Virus record (IMG/VR): IMGVR_UViG_3300025684_000011
Length of the DNA: 64,000 nucleotides
Strand: one strand, 5' to 3'
From: a virus
Numbering within the stretch: the stretch's first letter is position 1; every line of letters begins with the position of its first letter. Under the pieces are notes generated by a model. It was not told the DNA's origin. It did no database searches and saw nothing but the letters and a program-made list of their open reading frames with translations. Below, piece after piece: positions 30,616-40,604 of the stretch. The position numbers were made by a program, and so were the translations under genes.

Positions 30616-32925
30616 ATGAATGATGTGGTAAACGTAGTAAAACGTAGTGGGGCAGTAGAGCCCTTAGATATTAATAAAATACATGTAATGGTAGAAGAAG
30701 CGTGTGAAGGATTAGCAGGGGTTAGTGTTTCCCAAGTAGAAATGAATGCAGATTTACAATTTACAGATAAGATTGCTACATCAGACATACAAGAGATTTT
30801 AGTTAGAAGTGCAAGTGATTTAATTAGTTTAGATCATCCAAACTATCAATATGTTGCGGCACGTTTATTGTTATATGGACTTCGCAAAGATGTATTTGGT
30901 AAGTTTGATTATGCTCCTCTTTATGACCTAGTAGTAGAAAATGTTAAACAAGGAGTATATGATGCTGAGTTATTAGAAATTTACTCAGAAGATGATTGGA
31001 GACAACTAGACGTATATATTAATCATGCTAGAGATTTAGATTTTACATTCGCCGGTATGAGGCAAGTAGCAGACAAGTATCTTGTACAAGATAGAAGCTC
31101 AGGACATATTTACGAAACTCCTCAATATATGTATATGTTGATTGCCGCTACTATATTTTCGAGTTATCCTTCTAATACAAGGTTATCATATATTCGCCGT
31201 TACTACGATGCAATTTCTACTTTTAAAATTAATATTCCGACACCCATTATGTCAGGTGTTCGCACTCCAATTAGGCAGTTTGCTTCCTGCGTTCTAGTAG
31301 ACGTCGATGATACGTTACCGTCAATTTTTAATAGTTCATCAGCAGTTGGATATTATATAGCTCAACGTGCAGGCATTGGACTTAACTTAGGTCGTGTTCG
31401 TAGTATCGGATCTAAAATTAGAGGTGGCGAAGTAGCACATACAGGAGTTATTCCTTTCTTAAAAGTTTTTGAATCTGTAGTTCGTTCATGTACACAAAAT
31501 GGTGTTCGTGGTGGAAGTGCTACAGTACACTTTCCTATATGGCATAAAGAAATTGAAGATATTATTGTACTAAAAAATAACAAAGGTACAGAAGATAACA
31601 GAGTGAGAAAGCTCGATTACTCAATACAGATCAGTAAGATCTTTTATGAAAGACTAATTCAAAGTAAACAGATTAGTCTTTTTTCACCTCACGATGCTCC
31701 AGGGTTATATGAAGCATTTGGTGACAATGAAAAGTTTGATGAGTTATATGTAAATTATGAGAATGATAAAAACGTACCTAGGACTGAAGTTTCAGCACAT
31801 GAACTGTTTTCAGGTATTCTAAAAGAACGTGCAGAAACAGGTCGAATTTATATTATGAATATTGACCATTGTAACTCTCATAGTAGCTTTGATGTTCCAG
31901 TTAAGATGAGTAACTTGTGTCAAGAAATTACATTGCCTACTACTCCTATTCAAGGACTAGAAGATGCATCGGGAGAAATTGCTTTATGTATTCTGAGTGC
32001 TATCAATGTTGGTACATTAAGAAACCATGATGATTTGGAGAACTTATGTGATCTTGCCGTTCGTGCATTAGATGAAATAATTGACTATCAAAATTATCCT
32101 GTTAAAGCGGCAGAGATATCAACTAAGTCTAGACGTAGTTTAGGAATTGGATATATTGGATTAGCACATTATCTAGCAAAACGTGAGTTACATTATAGCG
32201 ATGATAAAGCGGCAAAAGAAGTCGGCCGTCTAACAGAAGCATTTCAGTATTATTTAATTTCAGCAAGTGCTCAATTAGCAAAAGAAAAAGGTACCTGTTC
32301 TGCATATAACGAAACAAAGTACAGTAAAGGCATTTTACCTATTGATACATACAAAGATGATATTGATAAGTTTTTAGGAAAGCAATTATTATTAGATTGG
32401 AAGACACTAAGAGAAACAGTTAAAGAACATGGATTACGACATAGTACTTTATCTGCACAAATGCCATCTGAGAGTTCGTCTGTTGTTAGCAATGAAACTA
32501 ATGGCATTGAACCACCAAGAGCATACATGAATACTAAGAAAAGCAAGAAAGGTCCTTTGAAACAAATTGTTCCTCAGTATAATAAACTTAAGAATCATTA
32601 TAGTTTCTTATGGGACGAAGGAGTTAATGAAGGTTATATTAAAATTGTTGCCGCTATGCAAAAGTACTTTGATCAAGCAATTAGTGGTAATTGGAGTTAT
32701 AACCCTAAGTTATATGAAAACAATGAAGTACCAATGAGTGTTATGTTTAACGATCTACTAACAACTTACAAATATGGTTGGAAGACAAGTTATTATCAAA
32801 ACACATACGATTCTAAAGGTGAAGACGAAGAATTATTAGGTGAGGTTCCTGAGGAGTTTACCCAACTTGCGGAGAACCCAAGTATTGTAATAGAAGAGGA
32901 AGAGTGTGAGGCATGCAACATTTAA
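30616..32925 (+). CDS. nrdA: ribonucleotide reductase class Ia alpha subunit
   Basis: ATP cone VVKRSG, TPIMSG, SNLCQEI, C-terminal CEAC. Confidence 0.97.
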   Translation: MNDVVNVVKRSGAVEPLDINKIHVMVEEACEGLAGVSVSQVEMNADLQFTDKIATSDIQEILVRSASDLISLDHPNYQYVAARLLLYGLRKDVFGKFDYAPLYDLVVENVKQGVYDAELLEIYSEDDWRQLDVYINHARDLDFTFAGMRQVADKYLVQDRSSGHIYETPQYMYMLIAATIFSSYPSNTRLSYIRRYYDAISTFKINIPTPIMSGVRTPIRQFASCVLVDVDDTLPSIFNSSSAVGYYIAQRAGIGLNLGRVRSIGSKIRGGEVAHTGVIPFLKVFESVVRSCTQNGVRGGSATVHFPIWHKEIEDIIVLKNNKGTEDNRVRKLDYSIQISKIFYERLIQSKQISLFSPHDAPGLYEAFGDNEKFDELYVNYENDKNVPRTEVSAHELFSGILKERAETGRIYIMNIDHCNSHSSFDVPVKMSNLCQEITLPTTPIQGLEDASGEIALCILSAINVGTLRNHDDLENLCDLAVRALDEIIDYQNYPVKAAEISTKSRRSLGIGYIGLAHYLAKRELHYSDDKAAKEVGRLTEAFQYYLISASAQLAKEKGTCSAYNETKYSKGILPIDTYKDDIDKFLGKQLLLDWKTLRETVKEHGLRHSTLSAQMPSESSSVVSNETNGIEPPRAYMNTKKSKKGPLKQIVPQYNKLKNHYSFLWDEGVNEGYIKIVAAMQKYFDQAISGNWSYNPKLYENNEVPMSVMFNDLLTTYKYGWKTSYYQNTYDSKGEDEELLGEVPEEFTQLAENPSIVIEEEECEACNI

Positions 32926-34022
32926 AGAAAACCGTCTTTAATAAGAATAAAGTAGATTATACAAAACAGCCAATGTTTTTTGGCGAGGAATTAAACTCTC
33001 AGAGATTTGACGAGTTTCGTTATCCTGTCTTTGACAAGTTAACACAAACACAACTTGGATTCTTTTGGAGACCTGAGGAAGTAAGTTTACAAAAAGATAG
33101 AAGTGATTATCTAAACTTTACTGATTCTCAGAAGTTTATTTTTACAAGTAACTTAAAGTATCAAACGTTACTCGATAGTGTTCAAGGTAGAGGTCCGGCG
33201 ATTGCATTTGTACCTTATTGTTCGTTACCCGAGCTAGAAGCATGTATGATTACTTGGGATTTCTTTGAAACTATTCATAGCCGCAGTTATACTCATATTA
33301 TTAAAAACATATATCCTGATCCTAGCGAGGTTTTTGATACTATTCTTGACGATGAAAAAATTGTTGCTAGAGCAGAAAGTGTAACAAAAGCATATGATGA
33401 TTATATCAATGATGCACAATATTACTCAGCCACAGGTAAAGGTGATTTACGAGAAATTAAGAAAAAATTATATCTAGCAATGGTTAATGTTAACGCATTA
33501 GAAGGTTTGCGTTTTTATGTATCTTTTGCATGTACCTTTGCATTTGGTGAATTAAAAACAATGGAAGGTTCTGCTAAGATTGTTAGTTTAATTGCTAGAG
33601 ACGAAAGTCAGCATTTAGCAGTTAGTACACATATTATTAAGAATTGGATGAAAGGTGATGATCCAGAAATGGTTTCTATTGCTAAAGAATGTCAAGATGA
33701 AATTGGACTCATTTATGATAAAGTAGTAGAGGAAGAAAAGGAATGGGCAGATTATTTGTTTACAAATGGTTCTATTGTTGGACTAAACGAAAAACTATTA
33801 CATATGTTCATTGAGCATACTGCAAACAAAAGACTTAAGAGTTTAGGATTACCAATTCGTTATAACCAGAGTCCAAACGATAATCCGTTACCTTGGACAC
33901 AACATTGGCTTTCAAACAAAGGAGTACAAAATGCTCCGCAAGAAACAGAAATTGAAAGTTATGTTATTGGTGGAATTAAACAAGACGTAGACAAAGACAC
34001 ATTTACAGGATTTAAATTATAA
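32913..34022 (+). CDS. nrdB: ribonucleotide reductase class Ia beta subunit
   Basis: FFWRPEEV, ETIHSRSY, LEGLRFY, RDESQH, APQETE. Confidence 0.97.
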   Translation: MQHLKKTVFNKNKVDYTKQPMFFGEELNSQRFDEFRYPVFDKLTQTQLGFFWRPEEVSLQKDRSDYLNFTDSQKFIFTSNLKYQTLLDSVQGRGPAIAFVPYCSLPELEACMITWDFFETIHSRSYTHIIKNIYPDPSEVFDTILDDEKIVARAESVTKAYDDYINDAQYYSATGKGDLREIKKKLYLAMVNVNALEGLRFYVSFACTFAFGELKTMEGSAKIVSLIARDESQHLAVSTHIIKNWMKGDDPEMVSIAKECQDEIGLIYDKVVEEEKEWADYLFTNGSIVGLNEKLLHMFIEHTANKRLKSLGLPIRYNQSPNDNPLPWTQHWLSNKGVQNAPQETEIESYVIGGIKQDVDKDTFTGFKL

Positions 34023-34348
34023 TGTTAGTATCAACTAAAACAAGAAAAAAAGGAGATGTGATCTCCATAAAATTAACAAATGGAGAAGAACTTATTTCTT
34101 CATTTGTAGAAGAAAAAGACCAACATCTAATCATTGATAGACCAGTATCGTTATCAACTGGTCCTCAAGGTGCACCGGCGTTGATGCCATTCTTTATGAC
34201 AGCATCACCAGATGCTACAAGAAATATAAAGTTAGAAAAGCGTCATGTTGTTATGACTGCTGATACAGATGCACCGTTAGCCAAACAATATTCAACTGCA
34301 ATGTCAGGAATTTTACCAGCAGGGGCGATTCCAGGCTTACAAGTTTAA
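34022..34348 (+). CDS. hypothetical protein (small beta-barrel-like)
   Basis: GDVISIKLTNGEELI. Confidence 0.65.
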   Translation: MLVSTKTRKKGDVISIKLTNGEELISSFVEEKDQHLIIDRPVSLSTGPQGAPALMPFFMTASPDATRNIKLEKRHVVMTADTDAPLAKQYSTAMSGILPAGAIPGLQV

Positions 34349-34359
34349 TAAATACTTGT

Positions 34360-34644
34360 ATGACTGAAGTTCACAGAGATACAGATTCTAGAATATGCGG
34401 AGCAAGTACCGTTGTTGCTGGTAACTCAACTGTCTTTGCAAATAATTTATTGGTAAGTGTTGATGCAGATCCCAATTCACATGGCGCCGGAAGTATTATT
34501 GCAAGTACAAAAAATGTTTATGCTCATAACAAACTAATTGTTGAGAACGGTGATGCCGCTAACCCGGATTCATTATGCCCAATACCACCTCATTGTGGCC
34601 CAGACACTAGTTCAGGGTCTCCTAATGTATTTGTAGGAAGTTAG
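34360..34644 (+). CDS. PAAR-like baseplate spike-tip protein
   Basis: HRDTD.R.CGA, H-G-G, C...H, SGSPNVFVG. Confidence 0.85.
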   Translation: MTEVHRDTDSRICGASTVVAGNSTVFANNLLVSVDADPNSHGAGSIIASTKNVYAHNKLIVENGDAANPDSLCPIPPHCGPDTSSGSPNVFVGS

Positions 34645-34645
34645 C

Positions 34646-36508
34646 ATGGTTAATATTCCAGTAATCCCAGGAGTCAATGTTCAAACACAAGGAATACTCA
34701 ATAAGTCTATTAAAGACATAATTTGTGCGATACTCTTTGGCGGTATTGGAAACCTTTTAAAAGGAAATATCATATGTATTGAAGCAAATATAAACGAGAT
34801 GCTTGAAGATGCCGGATATGCTAACTTATATGATATAAAAGACGAATTAAGATTACTACAAGATGAAGTTAAAGCATTTAACGACCACTTAGGTATAAAT
34901 GATATAACGCAAAGGATTAATGATGCGTTAGCAGAAGTAAGATATCTACTAAGTCTAGGAGGATTATGTCCTGTTCCAATTAAGATACCAAATATTAACG
35001 GAGATATATTAGATCAAGTCACTGATAATGTTTTTAATAACTTACAAGGTGTATTAAGTGCATTTGGTCCATTGCTAAAACCTAAAATTTGTATTGATGC
35101 ACAAGGAAGAATAAACACAGGATCTTTTGATCCAGGTAGTATACTTGATAATATCAGGAAAGCATCACAAAATGCGTTAAATGCTGGAAGTGTAATACCA
35201 TCAAGTATTACATCAGGCTTTAATAACCAAATAAGCGGTGTTACAAGCAGTATTAAACAGGCAAGGGCAATAGAACTATTTCCAGACTTTAGACACAAGC
35301 ATAACTTATTAACAGGAGCACCTGTTGTTGCTGGACAACCAGCGATAACTATTGCCGCTAGACCATCAGATGCTGATATTGCCGCAGTAGCTGGACTTTC
35401 GACTACAAGTGGCCCAGCATTTGAGGCCGCAGGAGCCTCTTATCCTCCTCAAGGAAATCCTAATTTAACAGATGCAACTAAGCAAGCACAACAGTTGGTT
35501 GCCAATATTGCAAATAGTGCAAACTATCCTATTAATGCTGATAAAAATCTATGGGCAAGAGCATTGGGACCTGAAGTATATGCATTAGCATTAGATGCTT
35601 TAAACGGAGATGACCCATTTGTAGGTCAATCTCAAGATGTCTATGATTATTGTGGAAGAGTAGTTTCGCAAGAAACACAAACTATTACTGGAGATCCATT
35701 AGGTGCAGGATTGTCAGATACTACAGATGCAAATCTAACACCAACACCAATAAACTATAGTTTACTATGGATTGATGCACCAGCACAAAGTAGGGTTGGT
35801 TGGGCAGTTAGTGGAATTACAGAAGAAGCATTAGTACCAGATGACTATGGTTGCGAAGTACTAACACCAGCACTAGCATTAAACCCTGAAATTGAGTTAT
35901 TTCAAGGCAAATCTCATATACTAAGTCTGCCACCAAGTAACCCAAATGTTAATTCTTTGGAAATAAGCAATTTTGGCTATAAAGATAACGGTTTAAGTGC
36001 CGTACGGACCCAAATTTCCTACGAAATGCCAGTTGGACAGGAATTTTACATATACGAAGCCAAATTAGACGGTTCAGGTAATAGAGTACCCGATATAACG
36101 AAGAGATGGACAAATGGACTGGTTCGTTTTGAATTTTCTGAATACTTAGATGAAGCAAATGGCAGAAACGAAGATCAAATTACTTGGGCTCAATCATTTA
36201 TTCCGGATTTAATTCCAGATCCAAATGATACCAATAAGCAATTTGATTCTCAAGGACGATTGTTAAAGAGTACTTTGATACAAGCACCTTTACCAACCGA
36301 ACCTGGTGAAGTTTGGACTGATAATGGATCAGTAGTATACGATAGTCCTACAGGTGGCTCTCCTATATTAGTAAAAACATGGAAACGTGCTATTGCTAAT
36401 TTAGCAGTTGGAGAAAATATGCTTATTGAAGTTGATAATACCTTTCCAGATTACTTAACTTATAGTAATGAGGACGGAACAGTATACGGCTTACTAAAAA
36501 TTACATAG
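34646..36508 (+). CDS. hypothetical structural protein
   Basis: 620 aa, coupled to PAAR gene. Confidence 0.6.
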   Translation: MVNIPVIPGVNVQTQGILNKSIKDIICAILFGGIGNLLKGNIICIEANINEMLEDAGYANLYDIKDELRLLQDEVKAFNDHLGINDITQRINDALAEVRYLLSLGGLCPVPIKIPNINGDILDQVTDNVFNNLQGVLSAFGPLLKPKICIDAQGRINTGSFDPGSILDNIRKASQNALNAGSVIPSSITSGFNNQISGVTSSIKQARAIELFPDFRHKHNLLTGAPVVAGQPAITIAARPSDADIAAVAGLSTTSGPAFEAAGASYPPQGNPNLTDATKQAQQLVANIANSANYPINADKNLWARALGPEVYALALDALNGDDPFVGQSQDVYDYCGRVVSQETQTITGDPLGAGLSDTTDANLTPTPINYSLLWIDAPAQSRVGWAVSGITEEALVPDDYGCEVLTPALALNPEIELFQGKSHILSLPPSNPNVNSLEISNFGYKDNGLSAVRTQISYEMPVGQEFYIYEAKLDGSGNRVPDITKRWTNGLVRFEFSEYLDEANGRNEDQITWAQSFIPDLIPDPNDTNKQFDSQGRLLKSTLIQAPLPTEPGEVWTDNGSVVYDSPTGGSPILVKTWKRAIANLAVGENMLIEVDNTFPDYLTYSNEDGTVYGLLKIT

Positions 36509-36526
36509 GTTTTTCACAATAAAAGG

Positions 36527-36555
36527 TTGACATTCTATATCTTTAGTGCTATATT
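36527..36555 (+). promoter_or_regulatory. sigma70-type promoter
   Basis: TTGACA-N17-TATATT, extended TG. Confidence 0.7.
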
Positions 36556-36574
36556 ATAAATAATACTGTAATAT

Positions 36575-36973
36575 ATGAAAGGATTCTTTGATATGCATGT
36601 TAGTAAACTGGCTATTGTTGCCGCTTTTTCACTTTCAATGATGTTAATAACATTTAACATAGCAACAGCTCACGAATATTCATACAAGCATTATCATAAT
36701 TCTCATGATAGTTGGGACGTTGACAGGTATGATGATTATAGTTACTATCACAGTGATTATTATAAACGTTATAAAAGAAATGATCGCGAAAGAGAACATT
36801 GGGATTGGTATTATGACGATAAGAGTGGCCCAGAAAGAGAGGACACATATTACATGCCAACACCTTCTCCAATAATCGTGCAACCTGTTCCTCCTATAGG
36901 TTATGAAAGAGTTATTGCATATGATAACTTATGTCATTGCAATATATACGTTCTTGTACCTATTAGACAATAA
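36575..36973 (+). CDS. exported Tyr/His/Asp-rich protein
   Basis: Signal-peptide-like N-terminus, low-complexity body. Confidence 0.6.
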   Translation: MKGFFDMHVSKLAIVAAFSLSMMLITFNIATAHEYSYKHYHNSHDSWDVDRYDDYSYYHSDYYKRYKRNDREREHWDWYYDDKSGPEREDTYYMPTPSPIIVQPVPPIGYERVIAYDNLCHCNIYVLVPIRQ

Positions 36974-37062
36974 TCTTAAAACCCTATCTAGTTTATTCTT
37001 TTGATAAATAAAGTTAACATGTGTATAGCACATGTTATTAATTAAAAAGGTACAAATAAAAT

Positions 37063-37281
37063 ATGGCAATAGAACTAACAGGCAAAGTAAAATGGTTTCA
37101 AGACGCAAAAGGATGGGGTTTTATTAAACCTGACGATGGTTCCGATGATGTTTTTGCACACTATTCAGCAATTAATTCGGATGGATTTAAATCATTAAAA
37201 GAAGGTCAAGCAGTAACATTTGAAGTAATTCAAGGTGCTAAAGGACGTCAAGCCGCCAATATCAATTTAATTGAATCTTAA
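37063..37281 (+). CDS. cspA: cold-shock protein
   Basis: [31 protein letters not shown]. Confidence 0.96.
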   Translation: MAIELTGKVKWFQDAKGWGFIKPDDGSDDVFAHYSAINSDGFKSLKEGQAVTFEVIQGAKGRQAANINLIES

Positions 37282-37414
37282 GACTAACTCTCCATAAATT
37301 ATAACAATAGTAATCTTAAAGACTAAATAGATTATGGTAGTACATGTATAGGAACATAGAGTAACTATGCATATAACATCTGTTTACAGAAAATAGATAA
37401 GGCATTAGAGATTT

Positions 37415-37912
37415 ATGAGTTTAACTGACTTTATCGACAGCAGTATAAGTCGATTCGCAAAATATTATTCTTGGTTTGCATTACTAATGGTATTGTTCGT
37501 TGTGATCAATGTCTTGGGAAGATATTTCTTTGACATTCGTAATGATTATGCAGTTGATTCAACATGGCAATTATACGGTATGCTTATTATGTTTGGTTGC
37601 AGTTATTCATTAGGAAAAGAAGCACATATTAGAACAGATCTGTTCTGGAACAATTATAAAGATCGTACAAAAGCAATTATTGACTTTGTAAGTTATCTCT
37701 TACTATTCTTTCCTTCATTTGCACTTATCACATACATCAGTTTCAATGATACATCAGCCGCTATTGAGATGAACGAACGTAGTTCTGAAACAATGGCTCA
37801 GCTTGTCATCTGGCCTATGAAGATTGGTATTACACTTGGCTTGGTACTTTTGATGGTACAAGCATTGAGTCAAATGATTAAATGTTATAGAAGGATTTTT
37901 ATCAATGAGTAA
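37415..37912 (+). CDS. dctQ: TRAP transporter small permease
   Basis: 4 TM; NVLGRYFF, HIRTD. Confidence 0.92.
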   Translation: MSLTDFIDSSISRFAKYYSWFALLMVLFVVINVLGRYFFDIRNDYAVDSTWQLYGMLIMFGCSYSLGKEAHIRTDLFWNNYKDRTKAIIDFVSYLLLFFPSFALITYISFNDTSAAIEMNERSSETMAQLVIWPMKIGITLGLVLLMVQALSQMIKCYRRIFINE

Positions 37913-39299
37913 TGAATGGCTAGCAATGACAATGTTATTTACAATGATTGCCGGCATATTTGTTGGAGTTCCAGTTAGTTTTACACTAACATTCTTAGCA
38001 TTAATTTTTGGATTAATTGGATTAGGACTAAGTGTTTTTGATCTTACATATCTTAACCTATTAGGAGGTCTTTCAGACGAAGTACTAATGAGTATTCCTA
38101 TGTTTATTCTGATGGGTTACATTGCTGAACGAGCTGGATTGGTAGAAAATTTATTTGAAAGTTTAAAAAAGGTATTTTCAGGCGTTCCTGGTAACCTATA
38201 CATTGTTGTTATCTGTATTGCAGTATTAATTAGTTTAGCAACAGGAGTAGTTGGAGCGTCAGTAACATTACTAGGCATTATGGCCGCTCCAAGCATGATT
38301 AAACAAGGATATGATGCTAAACTATCAGCAGGAGTAATAGCAGGAGGCGGGTCTCTTATTATGATTCCTCCATCTATTCCCCTTATTGTAATGGCGCCTA
38401 CTATGAATCTTAATATCATTGACGTATATGCGGCCGCAATGGGACCAGGACTAGCGATTGCATTTATGTATCTAGTATACGTTATATACCTTATAAAAAC
38501 AAAGCCAGAGGTAGCACCTATGATGCCTGTGGAAGAAAGAGTAGAAATAGATTACAAGTTAATTCTGTTAACATTATGGCATATTGTGCCATTAGCGTCA
38601 TTAATTCTTATTACACTAGGATCAATGTTATTTGGACTAGCAACTAGTACAGAAGCTGGTGCATTTGGTGCATTTGGTGCTTTATGTTTAGCCGCTATTA
38701 ACAGAAAATTAACTTTAACAAATATTCAAGAAGCATTACTAAAAACTACTAACACGTCAGCAGTAGTAATGTTATTAGCAATTACGTCAACTATATTTGG
38801 TGCCGTATTTGCTTCCTTGGGTGGTGACAAAGTCATTGTATCGGTACTAACTTCGATGCCTATACCCGGATGGGCAATAGTTGGAGCGATATTAGTGTTA
38901 TGTCATATTTTAGGCTGGCCCTTTGAGTGGCCAGTGGTAGTGCTAGTGTTCTTACCAATTTTCTTACCAGTATTAATTGATACTGGTGTTGACTTAATTT
39001 GGTTTGCGGCCGCTTTGGGTGTTATTTTACAAACAGCATATTTAACACCTCCTGTAGCCTTAACCGGATACTACCTAAAACAGGTGGTGCCTTCGTGGGA
39101 TCTTAAATTAATATTCAAAGCAATGATGCCCTTTATGTATATTCAGGTTATTTGTGTTGTAATATTGTTTATTACACCTGGCCTTGCAACATGGTTACCT
39201 AATTACCTAGCAGAGCAAAGAAAAAATATAGTACAAGAAGTACTAGATGATGATGTCAAAGGACAGGAAGTCGACTTCCTAGGTGTCCTTGGACAATAA
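37905..39299 (+). CDS. dctM: TRAP transporter large permease
   Basis: IPMFILMG, MIPPSI, TSTEAGA, LTPPV. Confidence 0.95.
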   Translation: MSNEWLAMTMLFTMIAGIFVGVPVSFTLTFLALIFGLIGLGLSVFDLTYLNLLGGLSDEVLMSIPMFILMGYIAERAGLVENLFESLKKVFSGVPGNLYIVVICIAVLISLATGVVGASVTLLGIMAAPSMIKQGYDAKLSAGVIAGGGSLIMIPPSIPLIVMAPTMNLNIIDVYAAAMGPGLAIAFMYLVYVIYLIKTKPEVAPMMPVEERVEIDYKLILLTLWHIVPLASLILITLGSMLFGLATSTEAGAFGAFGALCLAAINRKLTLTNIQEALLKTTNTSAVVMLLAITSTIFGAVFASLGGDKVIVSVLTSMPIPGWAIVGAILVLCHILGWPFEWPVVVLVFLPIFLPVLIDTGVDLIWFAAALGVILQTAYLTPPVALTGYYLKQVVPSWDLKLIFKAMMPFMYIQVICVVILFITPGLATWLPNYLAEQRKNIVQEVLDDDVKGQEVDFLGVLGQ

Positions 39300-39318
39300 T
39301 ATTTTGGAGAATAAAAAT

Positions 39319-40413
39319 ATGAAACGTTTCATCGGAGCGGTATTAGCTACCGCAATGTCATTTGGCGTAGTGGCTTCAGTAGCAACTGCAAATGCCAAAG
39401 AACTACAGATTGCATCTAGTTTTGGAGCAATCTCAACTTTTAACGAGCAAGCAAACTTTCTTGCCGAAAGAGTTAAAGTATTAACTGACGGAAAAATTGA
39501 TATGAAAATCAGACCTTCCGGCGCATTAGTTCCTTCTTTTAAGGTTCTAGATGCTACGGCGTCAGGTGCAGTAGATGGTGCATGGACTCAGTCTTATTAC
39601 TGGGTAGGAAAGTCAAAGACTCTTGCATTGTTTAATAGTCCGTTAGGAGGACCTTACGGTATGGACGGGATTGATTTCCTAGGTTGGATGTTCCACGGTG
39701 GTGGACTTGAATTGTATAACGATTTTTATCAGAATGAGTTAAAAATGGATGTACAGGCACTTCCAGCAATGCCTACTCAGAATCAGCCATTGGGTTGGTT
39801 CCATCGCCCAATTAAAGATCTAGCAGATCTCAAAAACTTTAAATGTCGTCAAACTGGCGCCAACGTAGAACTTTATGCTCGTATGGGTATGCAGACTATT
39901 GGTATGCCAGGTGGTGAGATTATGGCCGCGGCCCAAAAGGGTGTTATTAATTGTGCTGAATTCGTTGGTGGTTTAGAAGACGAACGTCTTGGATTTCCTA
40001 CAGTATGGAAATACTACTACTTGAATTCATTGCATGAGCATTCAAATACTGGTGATCTATTGATTAACGGTAAAGTGTGGCGTTCAATGACTAAGCAACA
40101 GCAGACCGCTGTTCGTTCTGCCGCTTATGAGTCATATCTATGGTGGTTAACTGATATTCAAGCAAAGAATGGTGAGGCACTTGCTAGAATGATCAAAGAG
40201 CATGGCGTTAGAGTTATGAAGACTCCAGCAGATATTTTGGTTGCTGAGTTAGAAACTATTGACGAAATGTTAGCAGAAAATGCCGCAAAGGATCCTTATT
40301 TTGCAAAAGTACTTGCTTCTCAGAAAGCATGGGCAAAGAAAGTAGTTCCATTTAAGAACGTAGCATTTACGCCTTATAACTATGCCGCAGATTACTACTG
40401 GAAGAAAAAGTAG
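39319..40413 (+). CDS. dctP: TRAP substrate-binding protein (TakP-like)
   Basis: Signal peptide; GALVPSF.VLDA..SG.VD, YYW.GK, GWF..PI..LADLK..K.R. Confidence 0.93.
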   Translation: MKRFIGAVLATAMSFGVVASVATANAKELQIASSFGAISTFNEQANFLAERVKVLTDGKIDMKIRPSGALVPSFKVLDATASGAVDGAWTQSYYWVGKSKTLALFNSPLGGPYGMDGIDFLGWMFHGGGLELYNDFYQNELKMDVQALPAMPTQNQPLGWFHRPIKDLADLKNFKCRQTGANVELYARMGMQTIGMPGGEIMAAAQKGVINCAEFVGGLEDERLGFPTVWKYYYLNSLHEHSNTGDLLINGKVWRSMTKQQQTAVRSAAYESYLWWLTDIQAKNGEALARMIKEHGVRVMKTPADILVAELETIDEMLAENAAKDPYFAKVLASQKAWAKKVVPFKNVAFTPYNYAADYYWKKK

Positions 40414-40433
40414 TTTTAAAAGCATATAACGTT

Positions 40434-40465
40434 AAAAATAGGGTGCTTATGCATCCTATTTTTTT
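40434..40465 (+). terminator. rho-independent terminator
   Basis: AAAAATAGGGTGC-TTAT-GCATCCTATTTTTTT. Confidence 0.85.
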
Positions 40466-40494
40466 GGCTATAACTTCTATATTTGTTATAAATG

Positions 40495-40502
40495 TATAAA
40501 TA
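40495..40502 (+). promoter_or_regulatory. T4-type late promoter
   Basis: Exact TATAAATA upstream of the second dctP. Confidence 0.6.
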
Positions 40503-40604
40503 CACTTGGATAGATACGGTTTAATACCTTATCGGAAAAAGCCAGTTTTCTATCTCAATGTTACTTGAAGTAATATTGTTTTCTTAAGAAAAAAGGAGTC
40601 AATT

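Noticed and set aside
4571-34022. Introns or inteins in terL, uvsX, helicase, nrdA, nrdB
   Set aside because: All are continuous and of normal length.
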